Shown here one piece after another: positions 13,960 through 25,239 of a DNA stretch of 64,000 bases. Numbering within the stretch: the stretch's first letter is position 1; the number at the start of each line of letters is the position of its first letter. The position numbers and the translations under genes are program-made. Below the pieces are notes generated by a model. The model saw nothing but the letters and a program-made list of their open reading frames with translations, made no database searches and was not told the origin of the DNA. Source of the stretch: Vicugna vicugna (lineage: Eukaryota); assembly GCA_013265495.1 (NCBI GenBank), contig MU058584.1, positions 7,158,407 to 7,222,406 of the forward strand. The letters are read 5' to 3'.

Positions 13960-15330
13960 AAAGGACCTACAGTATAGCACAGGGAACTATATTCAGTATC
14001 TTGCAATAACCTATAATGGAAAAGAATATGAAAAAGAATATATACATATTTTTTAAGTTGAAGTACAATCAGTTACAATGTGTCAATTTCTGGTGTGCAG
14101 CACAATGTCCCAGTCATGTGTATAGATACATATATTCATTTTCATTAAAGGTTATTATGAGATATTGAACATAGTTCCTGTGCTATACAGAAGAAACTTT
14201 TTTTAAATCTATTTTTATATATAGTGGCTAACATTTGTAAATCTCAAACTCCCAAATTTATCCCTTCCCATCCCCATTCCCCAGTAACCAAAAGATTGTT
14301 CACTATGTCTGCAAGTCTGTTTTGTAGATGAGTTCATAGTGTCCTTTTTTTCTCTTTCTCTTTTTTTTAGATTCCACATATGAGTAATACCATATGGTAT
14401 TTTTCTTTCTCTTTCTGGCTTACTCCACTTAGAATGACAATCTGATCTCTAGGTTCATCCATGTTGCTGCCAATGGCGTGATTTTATTTTTCATGGCTGC
14501 GTAGTATTCCACTGTATACATATACCACAACTTCTTTATCCAGTCATATGTCAATGGACATTTAGGTTGCTTCCATGTCTTGGCTATTGTATATAGTACA
14601 GCTATGAACATTGGGGCCCATGTACCTTTTCAAATTACAGTTCCCTCTGGATATATATCCAGAAGTGGGATTCCTGGACCATCATAAGTCTATTTTCAGT
14701 TTTTTGTGGAATCTCCATACTCTTTTCCATAATGGCTGCACCAAACTACATTCCCACTAACAGTGTAGGAGGGTTTCCTTTTCTCCACACTGTCTCCAGC
14801 ATTTATTGTTCATGGACTTTTGAGTGATGGCCATTCTGACTGGTGTGAGATGATACTTCATTGTAGTTTTGATTTGCATTTCTCTGATAATTAGTGTTAG
14901 TGTTAATAATTAGAATTAGATATTCTCTTCATCGGAGAATTGCTTGCTTAGGTCTTCTGCCCATTTTTGGATTGGTTTTTTTGTTGTTGTTGTAATTAAG
15001 TTGTATGAGCTGTTTATATATTCTGGAAATCAAGCCTTTGTCAGTCGCATCATTTGCAAATATTTTTTCCCATTCCGTAGGTTGTCATTTTGTTTTGTTT
15101 ATGGTTTCCTTTGCTGTGCAAAAGCTTATGAGTTTAATTAGGTCCCATTTGTTTATTTTTTCTCTTATTTCTACTGCCTGGGTAGACTGCCCTAGGAGAA
15201 CATTGCTAAGATTTATATCAGAGATTATTTTGCATATATCTATCTATCTATCTATATATATCTGAATCACTTTGCTGTACACCTGAAACTAATACATTGT
15301 AAATCAACTATACTTCAGTTTTTTAAAAAG
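13960..15330. mobile_element. Nested L1: plus-strand L1 3'UTR (13960-14047 and ~15235-15330) split by a minus-strand L1 (~14048-15230)
   Basis: The host 3'UTR resumes at tatatctgaatcactttgctgtacacc; the inner element has ORF2 remnants ([19 protein letters not shown]). Confidence 0.85.
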
Positions 15331-16479
15331 TGACATTAGGTATTTTTTGTGGGATTGTTATCAACATGACAGTCAAATTCAAAGCAAGCAACAGTGCTGC
15401 TAATCCACAGTCAAGTTATATATTATGCATTAAGTGGTGATAACACACCTTAAAGAAACTCATCAGTGCTAGCAATTTTAGTTACTAAACTAATGCCAGG
15501 GATTTGTCTATGGGTGTGGCAGGTTGTGCTCCACCATCTTGGGCATATGCTTGAGTCATGCCCTGGTTAGATAAGCATTCATGAGGTTGTGCCAACAAGG
15601 TTTAATTTGTGTATCTTGATGACTGATCACCTTCTAAGTCAGTCTGATAAGCCTTCAGCTCTAGAGTGGGAACCATTGTACTTACTCAACAATCCCTTAC
15701 TGTTCTAAAATTCTGTGATCACCAAGTTATTGTGATAACTTAATATGCACGTATACGTATTCACATGTATGTGTGCTTGGCACTTACACAAACGTATATT
15801 CTGCAATGCCCACTCTGTACAACTGGCACTGGCTTTGGGGTTCAGCTGGAAAATCATACTCAAAAGACTCACTAGGCCAAACTTAGTACCAGGCTCACTT
15901 TGCAGAAGGATATCAGATAGGAAACAAAGCATCTTGGCAGGAAAAAAACAGGTGTGTCATCAGTGGAGTCCTCCTCTCTGATGGCAGTTAGGTACATATG
16001 TGGGTGGATACCGAAGTCACTCTGGGTCAGAGTAGGGGAACGGCTCTGCTATGGCATCCTCGCAACTTTGAACACTCTGTGGTCCCCCCGAAAAACAAGA
16101 GGAGGAGTGCCTGGTGAGGCCATCTCCCACTCACCTCCCTCTGTCCCCTAGCAGACTGTCATGAGACAGTTTTTTTTTCACTCCCCCCGCCCCAGCTTCT
16201 GATGACATACGAGGCTTTCTGCAGGGTTTATCTGCAGCCTATAAAACTACTTCACTGCAGTCTAGAATTGGTTCCTTTGGAACAGGGTACCCCACTACTC
16301 AAACTGCAGCCACCTGGACTCTCCTATTTCGGTATCATTTCTGGTGTGCAGGACAAGCACCCAGGGAGCTGGCACTTTGGGCTACCCTTCCGTTTACAAT
16401 CTGCATAAGTAAAAAGTGGTCTAAATCCAAGTGGCTCATTGTATCCCTACTGGCCGAACCAGAGGTTTGAAGCAGCAGA

Positions 16480-16755
16480 CACTCTCTTCTGCTGGCCCTG
16501 TAGAAGCCAGCACCCTGGGCTCTACAGCTGCAAGGAGGTGAATTCTATCGACAATGACCTGAGCATGGCCGGGAGCTTCAAATGAGATGGAAGCCCTGGC
16601 AACACCTTGATTTCAGGCTTGTGAGACCCTGCGCAGAGGACTCACCTAAGCAGTGACCGAACCCCCGACCAAGGAAAATGTGAGGTGATGAATATGTGTT
16701 GTTTTAGGCTGAGAGGTTCAGGGTAACTTGTTAAGCAGCAATAGAAAATGAAAAC
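16480..16755 (+). mobile_element. MaLR (MLT1-type) LTR 3' fragment
   Basis: caccttgatttcagg...gtgttgttttagg...gttaagcagcaatagaaaa end motif. Confidence 0.7.
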
Positions 16756-17475
16756 ATCCCGTTCAGCACTCAAACCAATTTGTTGGTCCCCTGGTTCTGT
16801 ATGAATTACAGAATCCATTGGCCAGGACTAGGCGAGGTGTGGACCTGTTTCTTCACACCAACAGCTGCCTGATGGAAACCCTAAGTATCTCAGGAATTAC
16901 TGGGCACCCCGCACAGCACCTTTCCCACTACGCGCTGTCTACATCCAAGAACTTGGGTGCTGACTACAGAGTTCGGTCATGAACCCAAGCCACTCAGTTT
17001 ATCTTCCACGGCCAATCTTTATAGCTCAGTCAGATTCCAGGGTTATTTCACTGCTTCATTCATTCCTCCTCCCTTCTTGCCAGGACACACACGCTTCTAA
17101 CATTAGATACATTCACGACAGCACTATCCGCCATCTACCACCAACAACAGACACGGCAAAAGCATTAAACTGAAAATTAATTAGCCATAAAACTTAGGTC
17201 AATAAATGGGTTAGAATATGTCATAAATGTGAACAAATTCTGGTCACAAAACTAAATCTATTATATTACTTCTATTACACTGAAAATATGTGTATCAAGC
17301 TATAGATTTAAAACCAAAACAGACCTTGAGATTATGCTAAAAAAATGGATTTGATATACGTAATCAAATTAGAAAAACAACCAGGAATTGCATTTCCTTA
17401 GCTACAAAGGTAGCTTTGTGCAAATAAAAAGAATGACTGTATTTTTACAAAGTAGTAGTAACATTCAGTGTACAT

Positions 17476-17692
17476 CAAGGCTCAGTAATTTTTTTCTATA
17501 AAGGGCCAGATAGATAATAGAGAGTTTAGATTTTGTGGGCCAGAAAGTCTCTGTCACAACTACTCAAATCTGCCACTGCAGTTTAAAAACAGCCACAGGT
17601 AACAGGAATGGCTGTGTTCCAGTAAAACTTTATTTACAAAAACAGGTGGCAGCCCCATTTGGCTCGTGGGCGGTAGTTTGTCAACTCCTGGT
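17476..17692 (+). mobile_element. MER58A-like hAT-Charlie element
   Basis: ataaagggccagatag...ctgttccagtaaaactttatttacaaaaacaggtggc...gtagtttgtcaactcctg. Confidence 0.8.
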
Positions 17693-17744
17693 CCACACAG
17701 AAATATGATAACCATTTAAACAAGTGAGTATCTCACAAACTTAC

Positions 17745-17795
17745 TGCTTAATTTTATCATTTCTAGGTCCAAATCTGGGTCCAGATGGTCCCCTT
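17745..17795 (-). CDS. VAMP4: VAMP4 coding exon (LRGPSGPRFGPRNDKIK)
   Basis: 51 nt; acceptor ttttcag|AAG (NAGNAG), donor GTAAG. Confidence 0.96.
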
Positions 17796-18479
17796 CTGAA
17801 AACAAAACACCAAGTGCATATTAATAATGAGAGCATTAAAACAAATCCCCAAACAGAAAACACACACACAAGTTGAATTCTAAACACGGATCAGTTATTT
17901 ATCATAAGGAATCACATTTTACTGGTATTGCTGGAACGGAATGGTATATAATCATGTCTGTACTTCATTGGCACTTACTGCTGGTCCTCACAATTAACTT
18001 AATTCTTCTGAACGTTACCATTTTTTTTTGTATAATTCTGTTATATACAGGTAGTTCTAATCATTAAACTCTGAAATATAACCACTAAAGTGTCAGTGAC
18101 TATGAATAGCTTTATGTTCAATTATAGAACACTAGAAGTACAATTTATCTTGAATTTAGGCTATAATGAAATGCTGATTGTCAGGGATGGATATAGAGAA
18201 ATGTCTATGCAAAACACTGAATTTTTTCAAGTATGTTTTTTGACCACTCATCCTAAGCTCACCAAGACAGCTAAAGGGAAATGTAAGATTGTACAAAATA
18301 TTAACATTTCTCACATTATTATTTCTCCATTAAAGTTGAGAGTTGTATCATTTAAACTAACCCATTTATGATTTTCTGGAAATGAAAACTTTAGGATATT
18401 TTAAGTAATTGTCATTCTTCTTATGATAGAGAATAAGATTTAAACCACAAAACACAAAAAAGAATAGGTTCTGTACCAA

Positions 18480-20235
18480 TTAAAGACCACCTCCCCATTC
18501 CACCCTCCTCCCAGTCCCTGGCAACCTCCATTTGACTTTGTGTCTCTATGAAGTTGACTACTCTAGGTACCTCATCTAGGAAGAATCACATAAAATTTAT
18601 TCTTATGTGGCTAGCTTCTTTCACTTAGTATAATGTCTTCAAGGTTCACCCATGTTGTAGCATGTGTCAGAATTTCCCTTCTTTTTAAGGCTGAGTACTA
18701 TTCCATTGTCTGTATATATCATATTTTGTTTGTCCATTCGTCTGTTGATGGACCTTTTGGCTACTGTGAATAATCCTACTATAAACATGGGTGTTGATTA
18801 ATTTTTTAAAATTATTTCAGAAATTTTATTTGCTTTGTCTCCCTTTCAAACACAGACAGAACCGCAGTGTGTGGGAGCTGCATCTTGAACGAGTATGCTG
18901 GTTTTATCCTCAGGCCCTTTGGAAGACATACAGCATTATTTAATTAATCCTTTCATTTTTATAACTATATCTTTTGTAGATCAAAGTTTTTATTTTGATG
19001 AAATAAATTTATTAAATTTTTTATCCTCCACAAATAAATAAACCTAATTACTTGCCCCCTGAAAAAAATTTTAAAATAAACAAATAAAATGTATCAGTCA
19101 ATGGTTTTAAAAAAAGAAATAAAAAGAACAAACTATTGATACAAGAGACAGAATGGATGAATGTCAAAATGTAGAACATATATCTGACAAAGAACTTGTA
19201 TTGTGAATATATAAAAAACTCTCACAACTTAACAAGAACAAATTTAGAATGGGCAAAAAATTTTAATACGTACTTCATCAAAGATATGAGGATGGCAAAT
19301 ATGCACAAAAAAGATGTTCAGCATGATTTATAATCAGGGAAATGCAAATTAAAACCATACTGAGATACCACTACACACCTACAAGAATGGCTAAAATGAA
19401 AAGACTAAAATGATATGCAATTTTGATGATGATTTGGAACAACTAGAACTCCCATACAATGCTGGTGGGAATAAATGGTACACACCACTTTGGAAAAGAG
19501 CTGTAAACATACACCGGCCATTCTACTCCTAAGTATTTACTCAAGACAAATGAAAGCAAATGTCCACATAAAACCTATACACAAGTGTTTATAGCAACTT
19601 GATTCATGACAGCTAAAAATTAGAAACACCCCAAATATCCATCAAATAGTGAATGGATGAAGGAAGTGCAGTATGTTCATACAATGGACTACTACTCAGA
19701 AATTAAAAGGGGAGGCAGGTGTAGCTCAAGTGGTAGAGCACATGCTTAGCATGCACGAGGTCCTGGGTTCAATCCCCAGTACCTCCTCCAAAAATAAATA
19801 AATAAACCTAATTACTTTTCCCCTCCTCAATAAAAAATTAAAAATAAGCAAATAAAATGTATCATTCAATAGTTTAAAAAAAAGAAATAAAATGGAACAA
19901 ACTATTGATACATGAGACAGCATGGATGAATGTCAAAATAATTATGCAGAGTGAAGGAAGCCAGTGAGAAAAGCAGCATACTGTATGATGCCACTTCCAA
20001 GAAAATTCTAGAAAATATGGGCTATAGTGATAGAAAGCAGGTCAGTGGTTGCCTGGGGACTGGGAGAATGACAGATACCAAGGGGTATGAGGAAACTTTT
20101 GAGGTGCCGGCCATGTTCATTACTTTATCTTGGTGATGACTTCACAGGTATATAGTGCATATGTCAAAACTCATATTGCACACTTTGTATGTATTTTATT
20201 GTAGGTCAGTTAACACCTCAATAAAACTGTAAAAA
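18480..20235. mobile_element. Old L1 (L1MB/L1MC-type) fragments: minus 18480-18795, plus ~19170-20235
   Basis: Degenerate ORF2 3' end and 3'UTR motifs (gaaatgcaaattaaaacca...gagataccact). Confidence 0.75.
19709..19888 (+). mobile_element. tRNA-Ala-derived SINE (Vic-1-like) inserted in L1
   Basis: gtagctcaagtggtagagcacatgcttagcatgcacgaggtcctgggttcaatcccc followed by an A-rich tail. Confidence 0.88.
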
Positions 20236-20243
20236 TAACTTAC

Positions 20244-20290
20244 AGAAAAAAGTCCTCTTCTTCATCTGAATCATCTTCTAAAAGATTTCT
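20244..20290 (-). CDS. VAMP4: VAMP4 coding exon (RNLLEDDSDEEEDFF), dileucine and acidic-cluster sorting signals
   Basis: 47 nt, canonical sites; encodes the VAMP4 TGN-targeting LL motif and acidic cluster. Confidence 0.97.
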
Positions 20291-21145
20291 CTGTCAAAAA
20301 AAGAAAAAGACTTGAGTTTTCAGATTCAGAGGGGCTTATAGACTTCCGGCGGGGAGTAATGAAACAAGTTCTATCCTGGTAAAATGTCTTAACTCCAAGC
20401 TTCCAGACAGAGGGGAGAGTAACTACATGTGCTGCATTGGAAACTAAGAGATATGGAACCACATCTGCAGACTTTCTAAGAAAATAATAATACCAGAATC
20501 CTCTGACTGACCACAGGTAGAGAGGTCACCAAGGCTACTGTGGGAGTAAGGAATGCAGGCTCTCAGGAAGGAGCAAGTCTCTTCTCCTCCCTCCTGGCTT
20601 CCAGTCTCTATTGGCAGAACCTAAGAGGGAGCCAGGAGGCAAAGAAGAAATTGTAGCTGCAGAGTCCACCTCCAGCATCAGAGAGAAGAGTACAGAAGGT
20701 AGGTTTGGAGCTGGGAGACAAGGGCTTAATAACTGGCACCGTCCACCTTCTAGCACCTCAGTCCACAAGGAGCCCTCTACACATATTTGAACTTCCGAAC
20801 AACAAGAACTTTATACTTATACCTTATAAAATACAACTATTTTCCTTAAAATGAAGGTCTCATCCTCTCCCCAAAAAGGGGATATAAAGTTTCAAAAGGA
20901 GGCTAACGAAGAGCAAAAACCAGACCTTTTCAACATACAACAACTCAAAATAGTATACAACTTGTAGGCAGAATAATGGCTTCCCAAAGATATCCAGGTC
21001 CTAATCCCTAAAATCCGTGACTATGTTTCCTTGCATGGTAGAAGACTTCACAGATATGATTACATCAGAGATCTTGAAAAGATCGGTATGGATTGATCAT
21101 GTGCATCAAACATAATCATAAGAATTCTTTGCATCCATCTTTTTT

Positions 21146-21258
21146 TGGGGGTGCAGGCAACTAGGTTTATTTATTTATTTTAGTGGAGGTACTGAGGATT
21201 GAACCCAGAATCTCATGCATGCTGAGCAAGCACTCTACCACTGAGCTATACCCTCCCC
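21146..21258 (-). mobile_element. tRNA-Ala-derived SINE inserted next to an MLT1 fragment (~20962-21130)
   Basis: Reverse complement of the same SINE consensus. Confidence 0.85.
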
Positions 21259-21299
21259 ACAAGAGTTCTTTAAAAAGAGAGGCAGAAGTATGAGAAAGA

Positions 21300-23380
21300 G
21301 GTGAAAAAGATATATTAGTGAATTCTAACAGTAAGAATGTTAGAATTAGCAAAAGTAACATAAAGAGAAGTTTTAAGACAAAAGCATTAAATATCAAATA
21401 AGATTTTACAATGACAAAATGTACAACCCACCAAAACTTAACAGCAGTGAATGTTTGTATATAACAGTACAGCTTCAAAATATATAAAGCAAAGCTACCC
21501 AAAATATACAAAACAAATACATTCAAAATCATAGGAAAGATTTAACATCTCCTTCAGAGATGGAGAAACCAAGAAGAGAAAAAATAAGTAACCTAGGTCT
21601 TTGTACTCAGCAAATGTTATTTTCAAGTATCAAAGAAATTAAAAAGCCATAAAAGAATTTTAGTAAATTCCCCAAACTAGAAATTACACATGTATATTCT
21701 CTGGGCATAAGGCAATGGAAGTTAAAACAAATAAAAGGAAATTTTAAAACACTCTTTTAACAGCATGTTAAAATGTAAATGAAAATTTAACAGACTATTT
21801 AGAATGAATGACACTGGGAACATTACAAAACAAAATCTGTAGAGTATGGTCACAACAGTACTTAAAGGAAAATGTGACCTTAAATGCATTTATTTATGAA
21901 ATCACAAAGAGTGAAAATATGCAAAATAAATATTTAACTCTTAAGACAGGTAAGTTATTCCTAAGTCACATAACAACCCCAGAAGCTCTAAAGAAAAAGA
22001 TTCATGAATTTGATTACATAAAAATTTAAAACATGAAGAACGTAAAACATCATATACAAGGTTAAATGGCAAGTAACAGACTGGGAAAAAAATCTGCAAC
22101 ATACTCTCAGACTAAAAGTCTGATATCTCTGTTATTTAAAGAGCTATGACAAACCAGTAAGAAAGAGACACATCAGAGAAAAATCATCAGAGGACAGTAA
22201 TACACAATCCCCAACAAAAAAAGAAATGGCCAATGACCACATGAAAAGACGTTCAAAGTCAACACTGTTCAGGGAGACATATTAATTCCTTCAACAAATA
22301 ACTCTTGAATGCTATTCTAAGTAATAAGTAACAATCATTACATTTATGATACAGTTTATTTGCCTTAGAGGATGAGGACACTAAAGATAAAGTGTGTTTA
22401 TTATTATTATACAGTGAGAAACACACATGAAAACCAGTGTCTTTATACCCATTCATTGAACAAACACGAGTCCTCAGGATACAATATCAAAAAGGGTAAT
22501 GGGACACAATGAGATACCACTTCACACCCATTAGGTAAATAATAAGAAGTGTTGGCGAGGAGAAATGTGGAGAAATCAGAACCCTCAGACATTGCCAGGC
22601 AGGGATGTAAAAATTCTGCAGCCACTTTGGAAAACAGTCTGGCAATTCTTCAAAAGTTTGAACGTAGAGTTACTATAATACCTGGCAATTCTAATCCTAG
22701 TTATTTGCCCCAGAGAAATGAAAATATGTGTTCACACAAAAACTTGAATGTGAATGTTCACAGCAGTGGTATTCATGATCACCAAAAAGTGGAAACAACC
22801 CCAAATGTCCATCAACTGATGAATGGTATATCCATATAATGGAATATTATTCAGCAATAAAAATGAAGTACTGAAACATACTACAACATGGACGAACTCT
22901 GAAAGCATTATTCTAAGAAGCCATTTATAAAAGACAACATAGTGTATGCTCCCATTTATATAAAATGTCCAGAATAGACAAATGTATAGATTTATGGTTG
23001 CCCAGGGCTGAAGGGATAAGGAGAATGGGAGATGATTGCTAAAAAGTACAGAGTTTCTTTTTGGAATGATAAAAAGTGTCCTATAATTGATTGTGGTGAT
23101 GGCTGCACAATTCCTTTATATATATATTTACATATTTTTATATGTGTGTGTGTGTGTATATTATATATATATATATATTTTTTAATGGTGGTACTGGGGA
23201 TTGAACCTGGGACCTTACGCAGGTGAAGCATGTGCTCTACCACTGAGCTTTACCCACCCCGTCCCCCAACTGCACAATTCTATACAAAATACTAAATACT
23301 GATATCCACTGAATTGTACACTTTAATGAGTGAATTGTAAGGCATGTGAATTATATCTCAATGAAGTCATTATCAATAAA
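21300..23380 (+). mobile_element. Degenerate old L1 fragments (ORF2 and 3'UTR)
   Basis: A-rich decayed ORF2-like stretches; clear 3' region 22505-23380. Confidence 0.7.
23178..23266 (-). mobile_element. tRNA-Ala-derived SINE with (TA)/(TG) tail
   Basis: gtactggggattgaacctgggacc...tgctctaccactgagct. Confidence 0.85.
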
Positions 23381-23596
23381 AGTGTAACAGGAAACAGGAA
23401 CAAAACTTTTGGAAGTTTTTAAAAGTAATTTATAGATTATTAGAATCAATCTGTTATCAAATTTCATGATTTATTAAACATTCAAGAAAAGAGGTCTCTA
23501 AACAGCCAATTTTGTTCAATTCTGGTATCCGGTATCCAATTTTTAGCACAAATTGTGGACGTACTCAACCAGCAATGTAAAAAGTAAGTGCTCTAC

Positions 23597-23925
23597 TAAT
23601 GAACTCATCTGCAAAACAGAAACAGACTTGCAGACATAGTAAACAATCTTACGGTTACCAGGGGAATGGGGGTGGGAAGGGATAGATCTGGGAGTTTGAG
23701 ATTTGCAAATGATAACAACTATATATAAAAATAGATTAAAAAAACAAATTTCTTCTGTCTAGCACAGGGAACTATATTCAGTATCTTGTAATAACGTTTA
23801 ATGAAAAAGGTATGAAAACAAATATATGTATGTATATGTATGACTGGGACATTGTGCTCTACACCTGAAGTTGACACATTGTAAATGACTATACTTCAAT
23901 TGAAAAAAAATTTAGAATGAAAAAA
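23597..23925 (+). mobile_element. L1 3' end fragment
   Basis: aatgaactcatctgcaaaacagaaacagact...ctatacttcaatt followed by poly(A). Confidence 0.85.
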
Positions 23926-24639
23926 AAGATATCAAACAAATGATAAATCCAATCCATTTGAACAAATTCAATAAATTTTGCCTCCCCCACCTAAAAAAAA
24001 AAAAGTGAGTGTCCCAGGTGTAGTCTCAGTAGAACTGATTGAGACCGTGTATCTTACATTGTTGAGTATATACATAAAGCTTATTTTTAAAAGTTTATCA
24101 GTGATTAGTCTCTTGGTGGATTCTATCCCCCTTCAAGCAAAACAAAAACAAAAACCGCAGAGTTAGAATAAAGGGATGACAAATGATTCCCATATTATTT
24201 ATAAATCATGTAATGCTGGACAGGGTGTATAACATGTGGTTCTGGGGTTGTGCAAAAAAGGAGAATATAAAACAAGGTCAAACAGACTATTTCTCTATAA
24301 GGGCAGAGACTGCGCCCTCCAGTTTTTAGCAAGATGCCTCGCACATAGTAGGTAGTCAATAAATATTTGTTGCATGAATCAGCAAATGAAGGAATGGCAA
24401 GAAGATAGGAAGTGAGGTTGCTGGATGAAAAACAACAGCTCTAATTCCTTCCCTCAATAAATACTTATTGATTACTTATTCTAAAAGTAACCTATCTGCA
24501 ATATTCATATCAGTGTTGTCTTCCAAAAGTGCTGCATAATTTCTAGATTTATAGGGAAAGATTTCTACATAGAATGTTCTGGAATAAACTAGAAATTGAA
24601 CATTATAAAAAAGCTACTCTGGACTCTGAGGCAACTGCA

Positions 24640-24945
24640 GGACCAGAATCCTTTATCTGCAATTCCAAAGTCTACAAAATTCTGAAAACCAAGAGATTTT
24701 ATAAGTTTGGAGCCAAAACCCATTTGACCTGAATTGATGTTAGCATATGTATTTATACACTTTATATACTTAGAATAATCAGACATTTCACTGAGAAATA
24801 TTAATATGTTTGGAGATGCTGCTCTAGACCCTCAAAAGGCTGTTGTATAATGTGCACTTAACTATCTTTGTAAAATCTGAAAAATTCTGGGGAATACCAA
24901 CCACATTTGGCTCCAGAGTTCTGAATAAGTTATTGTGTATTTGTA
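24640..24945. mobile_element. Tigger-related DNA transposon relic (MER46C-like)
   Basis: Ends aatcctttatctgcaattccaaa / ttctgaataag resemble the recalled consensus; family call is tentative. Confidence 0.45.
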
Positions 24946-25173
24946 CAAGATTCCCTCTGAAAGACTAGAAAGAAGCTGTGATTAAAATCTGGTCAATAAT
25001 GGAAGTAGAATTCAGCTGAGTCCTCAATCTATGTAATATATACTTTTTAATGTTTACTATAAAGAAAACAAATAGGATTTACAAACATTAGATTTTTTAA
25101 AACAAATTATTCACAAAAGAAAGAAAAGATATTTTGAATCTCTCTTTTTTAAAGATTCAGATTCTGAACTTAC

Positions 25174-25239
25174 CCTTTCACTTTTCACAGAACCAGTGAC
25201 ATCGTCATCATTTAGGTGGCGCTTGAACTTGGGAGGCAT
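25174..25239 (-). CDS. VAMP4: VAMP4 first coding exon (MPPKFKRHLNDDDVTGSVKSER); whole exon ~25174-25297
   Basis: ATG at 25239-25237, donor GTAAG; upstream acceptor ttctctttaag|G at 25298/25297. The 7 exons total 426 nt (141 aa + stop). Confidence 0.97.

Noticed and set aside
15490..16470. Possible ancient ERVL-type LTR sequence
   Set aside because: Too degenerate to assign a family or boundaries by eye.
19709..19790. Apparent tRNA-Ala genes (also at 34311, 50250, 63824)
   Set aside because: Acceptor stems are degenerate and each is followed by a SINE tail, several with TSDs; these are SINEs, not tRNA genes.
25208..25224. CTCF-like tttaggtggcgc
   Set aside because: Lacks the 5' CCAS core and is explained by VAMP4 codons (KRHLN).
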